Source: Eledone cirrhosa
Lineage: Eukaryota
NCBI GenBank assembly: GCA_964016885.1
Contig: OZ024743.1
Span: 284,332,001-284,396,000 of the forward strand
Length of the DNA stretch: 64,000 bases
Direction: 5' to 3'
Part shown: positions 38,823 through 51,240 of the stretch, one piece after another
How positions within the stretch are numbered: the first letter of the stretch is position 1
Layout: every line of letters begins with the position of its first letter
Notes under the pieces: model-generated
The model's input: the letters and a program-made list of their open reading frames with translations, nothing else
What the model was told of the DNA's origin: nothing
Database searches by the model: none
Made by a program: the position numbers and the translations under genes

Positions 38823-39134
38823 ACAATATATATATAATATACATATATATATATAATATACATATATATATATAATATACATATATATATATAATATACA
38901 TATATATATATAATATACATATATATATATATAATATACATATATATATATATAATATACATATATATAAATAATATACATATATATAATATACATATAT
39001 ATATATATATATAATATACATATATATCATCATCATCATTTTACGTCCGCTTTTCCCTGCTTGCAAGGGTTGGACTGGTCTTATTAAGCACAGCATCTCT
39101 CCACCCGTCATATATATAGTATACATATATAGAT

Positions 39135-39416
39135 GGAGGCACATGGCTTAGTGGTTAGAGCATTGGCTTTGCAATCGAAAGGTTGTGTGTTAAATTCTAA
39201 GACCGGGTGATGTGTTGTTTCCTTGAGCAAGGCACTTTATTTCACATTGCTCCAGTTTACTCAGCTGTAGAAATGAGATGATAGGACTGGGGTCCCTATC
39301 ATTCCACTGCAAAGTGGTTGTGTAGGTGCCACAGCAAAAAAGCACCCAGCTCACACTGTAAAGTGGACATGTAAGAGACATGGAAAAAAAGCACCCAGCA
39401 CTCACTGTAAATGAGG
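39135..39416 (+). mobile_element. SINE family A 5' portion fused to an RTE LINE
   Basis: The SINE head, core and partial tail end at ctgtaaatgagg and join directly to RTE ORF sequence. Confidence 0.85.
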
Positions 39417-40692
39417 ATGCTCATGGGAACTCCTGTATGCAGATGACCTCGCACTTATAGTTGAATCTATGGTAGAACTAGAGAAGAAATTCCAAACTTG
39501 GAAGCAGGGACTAGAAAGAAAGGGTCTCAAAGTCAACATGACAAAGACTAAGGTCCTTGTAAGTAGACGAGAAAACAGAACCCAGATCCCCTCAGGCAAA
39601 TGGCCTTGCTCAGTATGTAGGAAAGGTGTAGGTAGGAACTCCATTCTCTGCCCCAAATGCAAACAATGGGTACACAAGAGATGTAGCGGGATCTCAGGAA
39701 GCTTAACTAAGAATGTAGGCTTCACATGTAGCAGCTGTGCTGTGACAGCAAGCAGCAAACAGCCACAGGAAACAAGTACCACCAAACTCTGGGAGGGCTC
39801 TGTAGAAATAGTAGACAGCTTCTGCTACCTAGGTGACCGAATTAGCAGCGGAGGTGGGTGTTCGGAAAGTACAATAACTAGAGTAAGGACGGGATGGAAG
39901 AAGTTCAGGGAACTACTGCCACTGCTAGTTGCAAAATGAAAGGCAGACTGTATAATGCGTGTATACTATCAGCAATGTTACATGGTAGTGAGACCTGGGC
40001 GCTCTCTGTGGAAGACTTGCGTAGATTAGAAAGAAACAAAGCCGGCATGCTCCGATGGATGTGTAATAGTAATATACGCGAACGGCAAAGCATAAATGAA
40101 TTGAGAGAGAGACTGAGCATAAGAGGAATCAAATGCTGTGTGCAGGAGAGGCGGTTGCGTTGGTATGGACATGTGATGCGTATGAAGGATGACAGCTGCA
40201 TAAAAAGGTGCAGAGCACTAGAAGTCGATGGAAACCGCCGAGTGTGGAGACCCAAGATGACCTGGGATGAGGTGATAAAAGTTGACCTTACCCAATTACA
40301 ACTCTCAAAGGCGATGACACATGACCGTGACCTCTGGCGTCACGCAATAATACAGAAGACCTGACCCCCTACGGGTACAAGCCGAAGCTGAAGCATATAG
40401 ACAATATGTCAACACACCCTCCCACTGCAAAGTGGTCATGGAGGTGCCATGGCAAAAAGCACCCAGCCCACACCGTAAAGTGGACGTGTAGGCGCCACAG
40501 AAAAAAAGCACCCAGCACTCACTGTAAATGAGGTTGGTGTTAGGAAGGGCATCCAGCTGTAGAAATCAAGCCAGAATCAGTTCCCGTATGAACAAGGCAA
40601 GGTTAACCAACCGGACACTTCCCACAACAGGACAACCCGTCTAACCCATGCTAGCATGGAAGAACGGATGTAAAATGGTGATGATGATGATG
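39415..40692 (+). mobile_element. 5'-truncated RTE LINE with 3' UTR and (GAT)n tail
   Basis: Near-identical to 6980-8243; ORFs 39469-39939 and 39894-40364. Confidence 0.92.
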
Positions 40693-41137
40693 TACATATA
40701 TATATAATATCTATTGACGTATTACCAAATTTTGCTTGTCCTTGTTTAGTCTTATGGAGGAAATATGTATATAATACCTATATATATATATATATATATA
40801 ATATGTACATCATCATCGGTTCGTATACCTTAATTCATCCTTTTAATTGAGTTCTGTGAACTGTACTATCATTAGTTAACATATTTTACACCTTGCCGGT
40901 TTTGTATCCCCTTGGATTTGAACACACATATATATACATACATACATACATATATATATACACATACATATATACATACACACATATGTAGACGCGAGTC
41001 TGCATGTGAACACATATCTGAGCAGCGTCCGATTCCAGAGTCAGGATCGATCATTAATCGAGCTGATTAACAGTGAAACATATGTAATATGTAATTAAAT
41101 ATGATGCAACACTGATTCTTTGTTCCCATATATATTA

Positions 41138-41845
41138 CTAGCTGAGGTACCCGGCTTCACCCGGGAGAACAGTTAAGAGAAGACTGAGAAAAGAGAAAAC
41201 GACTGTATTGAATGTGTTGTCTGGTATGAGGTGAGACCGTAATGTGTGTGTGTATGGGGGTGTGTGTGAGAGAGACATAAGAAAAGCAATCATAAAACTT
41301 CCTTATTAGGCTGGGGGAGTAAACTGCCGATTAAATGGTAGCATTGGCCTTGGATTTTAAATGTTCTGAAATAACCATAGTCAGTATGATCTTTTTCAGC
41401 TACAAAGGACACCATCTGAAACACATCAATATACTGCACAACATTGCTTCTGAAGTGTTTAGCTTCGTTAGTATGGTCCGTAAGTAGTATATGGATAAAA
41501 GCTGGAGGGTAAATTAATTTCAAATAGTATCCATTTTTCTTTGTTCTGTAAAATCAAAGACTGTAAAACGAATTTATAAAAGATAATGTAATATTGTTAA
41601 ACCTTCCTATAGATCACAGGATCTATAGTTTAAGCCGTTTCTAGATTTTCGTGGGACGTTACTCTCTCTGTGAATATCTAACATGTTAATTGTATCTCTC
41701 TCTGTATAACAGCCTATCACACTCTCTCTCTGTATAACAGCCTATCACTCTCTCTTTAGATGTGTAGGTATTTGTGTGTGTGGTTTTCGTGTGATTCAAC
41801 CAGTAAACCAACCAATAAACATCTTTCTTTTATATTATATATAGA
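41138..41845 (-). mobile_element. Non-autonomous Helitron carrying a Rep/helicase N-terminal fragment
   Basis: The minus strand starts TCTATATA and ends with a cccgg/ccggg hairpin followed by CTAG, inserted between A and T. The internal ORF FQMVSF...TFKIQGQCYHLIGSLLP resembles Helitron RepHel. Confidence 0.85.
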
Positions 41846-41938
41846 TTATTACTGATACTCTGCTCCCCATGAGCATCGAGTGCTCATCTTGGCATACTGC
41901 CTACGGACGCAATTAACTTGCATCTCCAATACCTAGAT

Positions 41939-42279
41939 ATCATCATCATTTCATTTTACGTCCGCTTTTCCCTGCTTGCAAGGGTGGGACGGGAAATGAT
42001 TCTGGCTTGATTTCTACAGCTGGATGCCCTTCATAACACCAACCTCAAATACAGTGAGTGCTGGGTGCTTTTTGCCTTGGCGCCTACACGTACACTTTGT
42101 AGTGGAATGATAGGGTTCCCTATCATTCCCTATCATCTCATTTCTACAGCTGAGTAAACTGGAGCAATGTGAAATAAAGTGTCTTGCTCAAGGAAACAAC
42201 ACATCACCCGGTCAGAGAATTGAACTCACAACCTTTCGATTGCAAGGCCAATGCTCTAACCACTAAGCCATGTGCCTCC
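41939..42279 (-). mobile_element. SINE family A, full length
   Basis: Reverse complement of 36705-37048. Confidence 0.88.
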
Positions 42280-42300
42280 ATATATATATATATACACACT

Positions 42301-42329
<29 letters not shown>

Positions 42330-42333
<4 letters not shown>

Positions 42334-43570
42334 TTAAAGCGAAACCAAGAGTCAGTAGGCACCTCTTAATCAAATATACACCCCCATCCCACTACCCCGC
42401 CCCCATCAACACCACCCCTTTCTCTGTAAAGTTATGTTGGTTGGTGTTAGGAAGGGCATCCAGCTGTAGAAAACCTGCCAGACAGTCCCATACGAGCGAG
42501 ACAACCAATCTTGCCTCAAATGGGACAATTCCCGTCTAAATCCATGCTAGCGTGGAAGATAGACGTTAAACAATGATGATGATGATTGCCCAGATGGCTT
42601 TATAGAAATAGTGGACACCTTCCGTTACCTGGGTGACAAAATCAGCAGTGGTGGAGGGTGCTCAGAAAGTACAGTAGCCAGAGTCAGAACGGGATGGAAA
42701 AAGTTCTGAGAGCTTATACCACTATTGGCCGCTCATACAGTCTGCCTTTCTCTCTAAAAATGAAAGGCAGACTGTATGATGCCTGCATACAAACAGCTAT
42801 GTTACATGGCAGTGAGACATGGGCATTGTGTGCAGACTGGAGAGGAACGAAGCATGCCTGCTCCGCTGAATGTGTAATAGTAATATACGTGAACAGCAAA
42901 GCATAAATGAACGAAGTGAGAAAATAGGTATTAGAGGGATCAGATGCTGTTTACTCGAGAGAAGACTACGTTGGTATGGTCACGTGATGCGCATGAAAGA
43001 CGACAGCTGTATAAAAAAGTGCAGGGCGATCAAAATTGATGGAAGTTACGGAGTAGGCAGACCCAGAAAAACCTGGGACAATTTAATAAATTCCGACCTT
43101 ACACACTTACACCTCTCCAAGACATTGTCACTGGACCGAGATCTTTAGCGCTACGCAGTAATAGAGAAGACCCGCCTTGCCTAAGTACAAACTGAAACCT
43201 ACAGTCAGTAGGCACCTCTTAATCAAATATACACCCCCATCCCACTACCCCAACACCCCCACCAACCCTTTCTCTGTAATGTTATGTTGGTACCACAACA
43301 TCCAGTCCTAAATAAATGAGGTCGTATAGGTATCACGACAAAAAAAACACACAGTCCACGCTGTAATGTGGCCTTGTAGGTAACACAGTAAAAACCTCCC
43401 GGTCCACACTGTAAACATGGTTGGTGTTAGGAAGGGCATCCAGCCATAGAAAACCTGCCAGACAGTCCCATATGAGCGAGACAACCAATCTTGCCTCAAG
43501 TGGGACAATTCCCGTCTAAACGCATGCTAGTGTGGAAGATAGACGTTAAACGATGATGATGATGATGATA
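42330..43570 (+). mobile_element. RTE LINE subfamily 3' ends in tandem (a UTR-only copy followed by RT C-terminus and UTR)
   Basis: 42350-42585 is repeated at 43205-43570; RRLRWYGHVMRMKDDSCIKKC; (GAT)n tails. Confidence 0.85.
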
Positions 43571-43669
43571 CACACACATACATATATGCATTCTTAAAGG
43601 GACCCCATTTGGTCACAAATAACCATGGGATATGTACCTAGAAAGTTTCCTTTGGCACAAGTCCAATAT

Positions 43670-43905
43670 ATCATCATCATCATCATCATCACCGTTTTAC
43701 GTCCATTCTTCCATGCTAGCATGGGTTAGACAAGTTGTCCTGTTGTGGGAAGTGCCTGGTCGGCTGACCTTGTCTTGCTCATATGCATGCAAGCTTCGTT
43801 TCTTTCTAATCTACGCAAGTCTTCTACACAACGCCCAGGTCTCATTACCATGTAACATTGTTGTTCGTATACACGCATCATACAGTCTGCCTTTCATTTT
43901 GAGGG
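43670..43905 (-). mobile_element. Internally deleted RTE 3' fragment
   Basis: Reverse complement of the RTE 3' terminus joined to KGRLYDAC-coding sequence. Confidence 0.75.
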
Positions 43906-44542
43906 AACTTCCAGTTCGAGATAGAAGTGTGATCAAATAAAACGTAAGAAAGAGTGATAGGTGAACAATGTTAGTTGCTAGCCAACTTGAAGCAGCTCTT
44001 TTGCTGCATTAGAATAACAAGCTGCATATTCAGATAACCCAATTTCAAATTTTAAATATTTTTATACTATCTAGCCACTGAACAAGCCTGAATTTCTAGA
44101 TGGAATTTCAACATCTAGATTCCACAATTCAAACACATCTTTGCAATGAATGAAAAAAATCTTTTTAAGCGACGGAAAAAAAGAAAAAATGAAGAAAAGA
44201 TAATAAAATAAAAACAGAAGTGTAAAGTAAAATTGCCAGCTTCATCCCTTCAACAGAAGGTAACCAAACATCAGACATTGAATGACTGATTTCTTTTTGT
44301 GTTGTTCAACATTGAGATGTTTGGTATTCTCTGTCAATAATAAGGCAAAGCACTACTATGTTTCATTCTCTACCCTTTGTGAGTAGAATGGAGAAAGTAA
44401 GCATGAGTGAGAAGGAAACACAAATAAATAATCTTGGGAGAGGGGTTGTACACACTGAAACAAAACAATTTCTAACAAGGACTGAACATAATAGAATCAA
44501 ATTCCCTTAGCCACTGCCTCCATCTCTCATTATTATAAACAA

Positions 44543-44731
44543 GGGCGGTGGATTGGCAGTATCGGTAGGCAGTCGGACGCTATGCTTTGCAGCATAGAGT
44601 TACACCCCTTTATGGTATGAGTTCAAATCCCGCTGAGGTTAACTTTGCCTTTCATCCTCACGGGGTCGATAAAACAAAGTACCAGTAATGCACTGGGTAA
44701 TTACTGGCCTTGTGCCAAAAGTAGAAACAAT
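44543..44731 (+). mobile_element. SINE family B, full length, with TSD
   Basis: TSD tattataaacaa at 44531-44542 and 44732-44743. Confidence 0.88.
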
Positions 44732-44745
44732 TATTATAAACAAAT

Positions 44746-45350
44746 GGGGGCTCACAAGCTGTCTGCCCTGCAGCCTTGGCAGACAGAATAGATAAGGCAT
44801 TTCCCTGGAGAATGACGAGGGAGACGCATTGGAAGAGCCATTCCAGCTTGTGAGGCTCACACATGCGGGTATCTAACTCCGTGTCAATGGTGGAGAGTAG
44901 GGAGGTGGTCCAAGGTCCAAGGACACCAGAAATCTCCACTGCTACGGGCTCAACCACAAACCTGTCAGAGAACTCCCAATAACTGGAGAGTTTGCCCTCC
45001 TTGGCCCGAAGTGCAGCAGAACCTAGATTAGTCGCAGACTGCACCAGGTTCCTGCTGGAGAAAGTGTTGCTGCATGTGGCATCCCAGATGAGGGGTTTAC
45101 CACTGTGGAACAGGAAGATGGTCATGCCGTCTGGTCTGTTGCCATTCCCTCGGCCCAGCCACACCAGCTCAAGCTGTGAGGGGAAGTCTACAGCATCCAA
45201 GTCATTCTTTATGATCTCATTGAAAGCAGCATGGCCTGGAAGGCAGCCGGCACTTTAGCGACAGGACAGCAGGTGGAGGCTGAGAGAGTCAACTGTAGAT
45301 CTGCAGCAACATTTGTGTGGCTCGCAGATCTGGAGACCGAGCCTCAGGGA
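44746..45350 (-). mobile_element. Non-LTR retrotransposon fragment with restriction-like endonuclease (CRE-like)
   Basis: RPDG...GKPLIWDATC...AA...K...Y...PVAVEISGVLG is a PD-(D/E)xK RLE domain, preceded by a Cys/His knuckle remnant. Confidence 0.8.
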
Positions 45351-45661
45351 TTATTCCATATTTTAAAAATAAATAATCTAAATTGTTAAAAATCCAATTT
45401 TGTCATTGATTCCTACACTAAACTCATCAGTAATATAAAAACTAGGATTAAGACTTTCTAAAGATGCTAAAAAATTAAGTCATAAAATTAATCATTAAGT
45501 AACTTTTTGCAGATTAGCAATGAGTTGGATTTTAGCTAACAGCAATTTATTCTACTCTTTAATACAGTTGATACAAAGAAATTCAGTTTATTAACAGCAG
45601 GACAAGAATCTCAACTTTCCTTTAATGAAAATTATAGAAATAAAGGGTAAAATTGACTTAC

Positions 45662-45801
45662 CCAATAACTACAATTATAAAATCTAGAATGTTCCATCCA
45701 TTGCGTAGATATGCACCCGGATGTAACACAAATCCATAGGCTATGATCTTCATGGCGCATTCTAGTGTGAAGATCACAAGGAATACATATTCCACATTTT
45801 C
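45662..45801 (-). CDS. CACNA1D: Internal coding exon of an L-type voltage-gated calcium channel alpha-1 subunit (Cav1; CACNA1C/D-like), domain I S2-S3
   Basis: Minus strand reads acceptor attgtattttctttttcAG, then 140 nt, then donor GTAAGT. It translates in phase 0 as [46 protein letters not shown](G), matching the Cav1 IS2-IS3 signature ([11 protein letters not shown]). The ORF track shows a different frame here. The symbol denotes the invertebrate Cav1 orthologue. Confidence 0.95.
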
Positions 45802-47379
45802 CTGAAAAAGAAAATACAATATTCAATGAATCACATGGTTTAACTGTAGAAAATTCAAGAATTATATTAATCTTAATTCTGTGTAACGCATGTCATGTTG
45901 ATTTAATAAATCCTTCATTGTACTGAAATGCCAAAATTTCATCATTAGAAAATTGATGAATGGAATAAAGACTTCACTTTTGACAATCTTTTAAGTATAA
46001 TAATTATAACTACCATGAAGGGAAATATATTTAAGCATAAATAAAAGAGTTTCATTTACATTTCAATACTTTTGTAAGAAGTTTTTATTGGAGTAGTTTA
46101 TATTGTAAAAAATATAGACACAGAAAATAGGATTAAGAGTTTCCATGCAAGCGTGAAAAACACGACATAAAAACGATAATGAACAATTTATAAAACAAAT
46201 GACAGTTTCACCTATTCTATCATCATCATCACATCATCACCATTTAATGTCAATCTTCTAAGCATGCATGCGTTAGACAATTTGACATGTTATACGTCTA
46301 ACTAGGTCAGGTGATCATCTTGCTCGTACAGATCTCGTACATTTGGCTTGGTTTTCTGTGGTTGGATGCCCTTCCTAATATACATATATTACTATAAATA
46401 TTCTACAATGATTTTAATTCTATATATATAAGATGTGGTTCATAAATGATTTGCACAATGTGAGATGCCACCTACTTACTCCATGGCTACTCCCATGAAT
46501 ATATACTTAGTATATGCTGTAAAATGGTTGGTGTTATGAAGGGCATCCAACTATAGAAACCATGCTGCAAAGTGGTTGGTGTTAGGAAGGCATCCATCCA
46601 TAGAAACTATGCTCCCAGTACATGCTGTAAAGTGGTTTGGCATGAGGAAGAATATTTGGCTAAAGAAACCAAGCCAAAACGAAGTGTACAAGCAGAATGA
46701 GGTGACCTGACTGGTCCAGCTTCAACACACGATAACCTGTCTAACTCATGTAAACATGGAAAATAGACATTAAATCGTGATGATGAACTAAAATTGTTCT
46801 AACAACAAATCACATTTGGTTTTCAATTTTAAACCAAAATAATTCTTAACAATTTCTTTATTTGCCAAAATATGCTTTCAAAATATACAAAGAAAAAGAA
46901 AACTATTATCCAGAAACAAAAAAAATATACAAAAAATATATTTAAGAAAAATAAATGTAATATAGAGATATTTGGAGCTAGATACAAGCTGAGTTTATAG
47001 TAGAGTGAGAGTAGACAGTTTAATTGATCCCAGTATCTTATAGGTGCTTGCTTTATTGGCCTCAGGACACAAAAAGAAAAGTCAACTCTGGTAAGATTTG
47101 AATTGTAAGATGAAAATTAATACTGAGGGGGATTTTGTCTAGCATTCTTTATTAGTCACCGTGAAATGAAATATAACTAAACATAAAAAAAGACCTAGAA
47201 AAGGTATTTTGTTGAAATTGTAGTTAGTTACCATCCTCTAGCATAATGAGAAGCTGAGTATCACTTGAGAATTAATCAGACAGACAATTAGCAATACACA
47301 CACATGTACATATCCAATAATTAGTATAGCAGCAACATCATCAAACTTTACAAGAGCAAGGAGGCATCAAGTTAATTGA

Positions 47380-48690
47380 CTACGTTATGAAAGCTACTGA
47401 AAAAATTATAGCATAACTAATTAGAAAGAGAATTATCCAAGATGAGATGCAATCCAGTTTTATGCCAGGAAAAGGTACTACCAATACCCTCTTCTTCATG
47501 AAACAACTGCAGGAGGAGTACTTAACTAAGAGTAAGCCTCTGAATCTAGCATTTGTTAACATGGAGAAGGCATTTGGTTGGTCTCTAAAGAAAATGGAGA
47601 TTGATGGTTTGTGAAGGGTGACCAAGCCATTTAATAGAATTTAAAGTGAAAGTAGAGATCCACCAGGGATCAGTTTTCAGCCCATTTCTGTTTACCATTG
47701 ACCTCTAACCCATAACAGAAATGTTTAAGGCTAGCAGTCCATGGATGACTTAGTGTATATAGCTGAATTTGTAGTAGATTTAGAGAAGAATTCCAGATTT
47801 GGAATCAAATGAGATCAAAGGAGACTTAGCAAAGATTAAAGTTTAATAGTTAGAAAAGAAGAGAAGACCTTGATGCCACCAAGGAATTGGCAATGTTTGA
47901 TATGTAGAAAAAGATTAGGTATAAATTCCATTCAGCTACTGAATAAGAAGGGACATAGTTGGATCACAGGCAGGCTAATGGAGAAGGTAGACTTCGAATG
48001 TGGCAAAAATTTGATAGCAGTAAACACTAAGAGCTCATAAGAGATAGTCTTTCTCATATGCTTGGATAGCTCCCTAGAAGTAATTGATAGTTTTTGTTAC
48101 CTAGTTGGCCTAATTAGCAGTGAAAGTTAGTGTTCTGAAAGTATAGTATGAACATGATAGTAAAAGTTCATGAAACTATTAATTTTGTTGCTAACAAAGG
48201 GGTTCTCTCTCAAAGTGAAAGGCATATTGTGTGATAATTATTTGTGAACTGTAATGCTGCATAGTAGTGACAATTGGATGTAGAAGATTTGCAAAGGCTA
48301 GATAGAAATGAAGCAAGCATACTCTGGTGATGCAGAAATGAGCTGTAGTAGTGTACAAGGGAAAATACAAGGGAAAATACTGCACTGGTATGAGCATATG
48401 CATGTGATGTATATGGAAGATGATAGCTGCATAAAGAAGTACAGGAAAAGGGTAAATGAATAGAGACAACATAGGTTTGCTGAAAGCATAGCAATCTCTC
48501 TCGTGTTGGTGCCATGATAAAATGCATTCAGTCCAGATTGTAAACAAATCATGCTGAAAATTGGATGCACTAGAAAAATGTGGTCTTCTGATCCAATTAA
48601 GAAGGTGGTAACTCTGAATAACAACTGGTTTAGACCATTACAAATTATCTAACCCATGCCAGCATGGAAAGTAAATATAAAATGATGATA
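47380..48690 (+). mobile_element. Old, heavily mutated RTE LINE 3' half
   Basis: Colinear similarity to 6570-8240 with many stops. Confidence 0.75.
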
Positions 48691-48694
48691 TATA

Positions 48695-49550
48695 TCATCA
48701 TCATCATCACCGTTTTACGTCCGTTCTTCCACGCTAGCATGGGTTAGACGGGTTGTCCTGTTGTGTGCAGTGTCTGGTCGGCTGACCATGCCTTGCTCAT
48801 ACAGGAACTGATCTGGCTTGATTTCTACAGCTGGATGCCCTTCCTAACACCAACCTCATTTACAGTAAGTGCTGGGTGCTTTTTCGTGGCGCCTACACGT
48901 CCACTTTACAGTGTGGGCTGGGTGCTTTTTTGCCGTGGCACCTCCACGACCACCTTGCGGTGGGGGTGTGGGGGCATATTGTTTATATGCTTCAGCATGT
49001 ACCCATGGGAGGTCGGGTACTCTGTATTACTGCGTGACACCAGTGGTCACGGTCGTGTGTCATTGTCTTTGAGAGGTGTAATTGGGTAAGGTCGGCTTTT
49101 ATCACCTCATCCCAGGTCATCTTGGGTCTCCCCACTCCGCGGTTTCCATCAACTTCTAGTGCTCTGCACCTTTTTATGCAGCTGTCATCCTTCATACGCA
49201 TCACATGTCCATACCAGCGCAACCGTCTCTCCTGCACACAGCATTTGATTCCTCTTATGCTCAGTCTCTCTCTCAATTCATTTATGCTTTGTTGTTCACG
49301 TATATTACTGTTACACATCCATCGGAGCATGCAGGCTTCGTTTCTCTCTAATCTACGTAAGTCTTTCACCTTCAGCGCCCAGGTCTCACTACCATGCAAC
49401 ATCGCTGTTCGGATACACGCATCATACAGTCTGCCTTTCATTCTGAGGGAGAAGCCTTTTGCAGCTAGCAGTGGTAGTAGTTCCCTAAACTTCTTCTATC
49501 CCGTTCTTACCCTAGTTATTGTACTTTCTGAACACCCACCTCCGTTGCTA
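48695..49550 (-). mobile_element. Young 5'-truncated RTE LINE 3' end
   Basis: ORF 48992-49441 MKGRLYDAC...RRLRWYGHVMR; 3' UTR and (GAT)n tail. Confidence 0.92.
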
Positions 49551-49790
49551 ATATATATATAATATATATAAGCCAAAATCTCTATTTGGGGTGATATAAG
49601 CTAAACTGACCAAAATAAGTTGGTTTTACTCATAGAATTCCCTGACCATCGTTTCTGGAATTCAAAAACAACATTGGAATTACCAATATTGGAAGAATTA
49701 CGATTCCGTCATTGGGAGAATTCTTTGGAATAAGAGGAGAAATTTATTACTTCTCTAAGTAGATAATTTATTAATATATCTTATATATAT

Positions 49791-50068
49791 ATATTATATT
49801 ATTTATTTGTGTTCATACATGGAACAAAAGCGCTACCTAAGGTTTGAAGGCCCAATAATGACTATATCTCCAGATTATAAGAGAGATCAAAATTGTGATC
49901 TAATCATCAGGTGCTTAGACAAGCTTTGCAGAAATTGTCTAAGTGCCTGAAGATTAGGTGACAATTTTGATCTCTCTTACTATCTGAAGATATGGTCAAT
50001 ATTGGGCCTTGAAACGTTATGTAGCGCTTTTGTTCCATGTATGAACATAAATAAATAATATAATGTAT
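49791..50068. repeat. Imperfect long inverted repeat (foldback/MITE-like)
   Basis: Arms of ~130 bp (gttcatacatggaacaaaagcgctac... / ...gtagcgcttttgttccatgtatgaac) around a short spacer near 49922-49935. Confidence 0.85.
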
Positions 50069-50659
50069 CAGATCTCTTCCCTGATTGATCACTGTTTTCC
50101 TTTTTCCTTTTTCTACACACACACGCACATATATAAGAGACCATCTCTCTTTTTTAATTGATACAAATAGGGTTTGACTGAATGATAAAAGAAAAGAAAA
50201 AATATATATGCGCTGGAAGATTGAATTAAATGAACTAAAATACAAATAAATAAAAAAACTAAAAATCTAATGTTTCTTGCCAGTAAACAATTGTGATTTT
50301 CCCTTTATCTTATTTTACATGCCAGTAAAATTAATTAGTTCTATGGTGACTATTTTTCTCAATGTGTAGAGTATATTTTGTAACATAATAGCAATAGTGT
50401 TATTGTTACCATATAATTGTTTATAAAATTGCTTAAGAATTGCCAGAGTTGAGTTTTTCTACTATTGATATTAAAAGGAAGAAGAGCTTACTGAAACTAT
50501 TACAATTGTAAACCACACATCATCATCATCATCTAACATCTGCGCTCCCTGCTAGCAAGAGTTGGGCAGGTCATCACAGACCAAGTTTGTACTCAAGTGG
50601 AACTACTGACCTCTGAGAAGGTCTGGAGCCCTGCATCTCACTTACATATGTTCCCATAC

Positions 50660-51240
50660 TCTATCCACTGCTGATTTGGATGGTCTGCCCTACAAGCTTT
50701 ATGCAAACATGTGAAACTTGTTTGGCGACATCTATGCTAACTGGCAGCATGACTAGAGAATTCCCAGTTCTGTGAACTGAGGGGTGGTGGCGCTGCTAAG
50801 AAAGGACACAAACAAGGGGGACTATACAGATAATTTCAGGCCTATAATTCTGCTAAATGTACAGTTTAAAATTTTAGCAAAGATGTTAATGATGAGGTTG
50901 CTGCTTATTACCGGTGGTCTAGTAGGGCAGGTGCAGGCATGTGCTATTCTGGACAGATCCATCCATGACAACCTCCACATGCAATACATCATAGAGAGGG
51001 TCGCTAAGGAACCTGGCATGGGTGGAGCTTTGTTGTATGTATTTAATCTTGAGTGATTACTACACAAATTGGAGATGTAGAGAGGCATCGCTTGCAAAGT
51101 AAGAAGTGGGAGATCATGTCAGCATATGCCAACAGCATTACCTCTTATTACAAACAAAACCCACACTGTATTGTCATGTGTCATCTCCTTTGTTTGCTTA
51201 ATATCAGCCCTGTGTGGCTAATAAAGAAATTATTATTATT
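50660..51240 (+). mobile_element. L1/Tx1-type LINE RT fragment with probable 3' tail
   Basis: DGLPY...GVVALLRKDTNKGDYTDNFRPIILLNVQFKILAK...RSIHDN; downstream aataaag followed by (ATT)n. Confidence 0.7.

Noticed and set aside
45632-45826. 64-aa [15 protein letters not shown]...
   Set aside because: It is the wrong frame across the real Cav1 exon and its splice sites.
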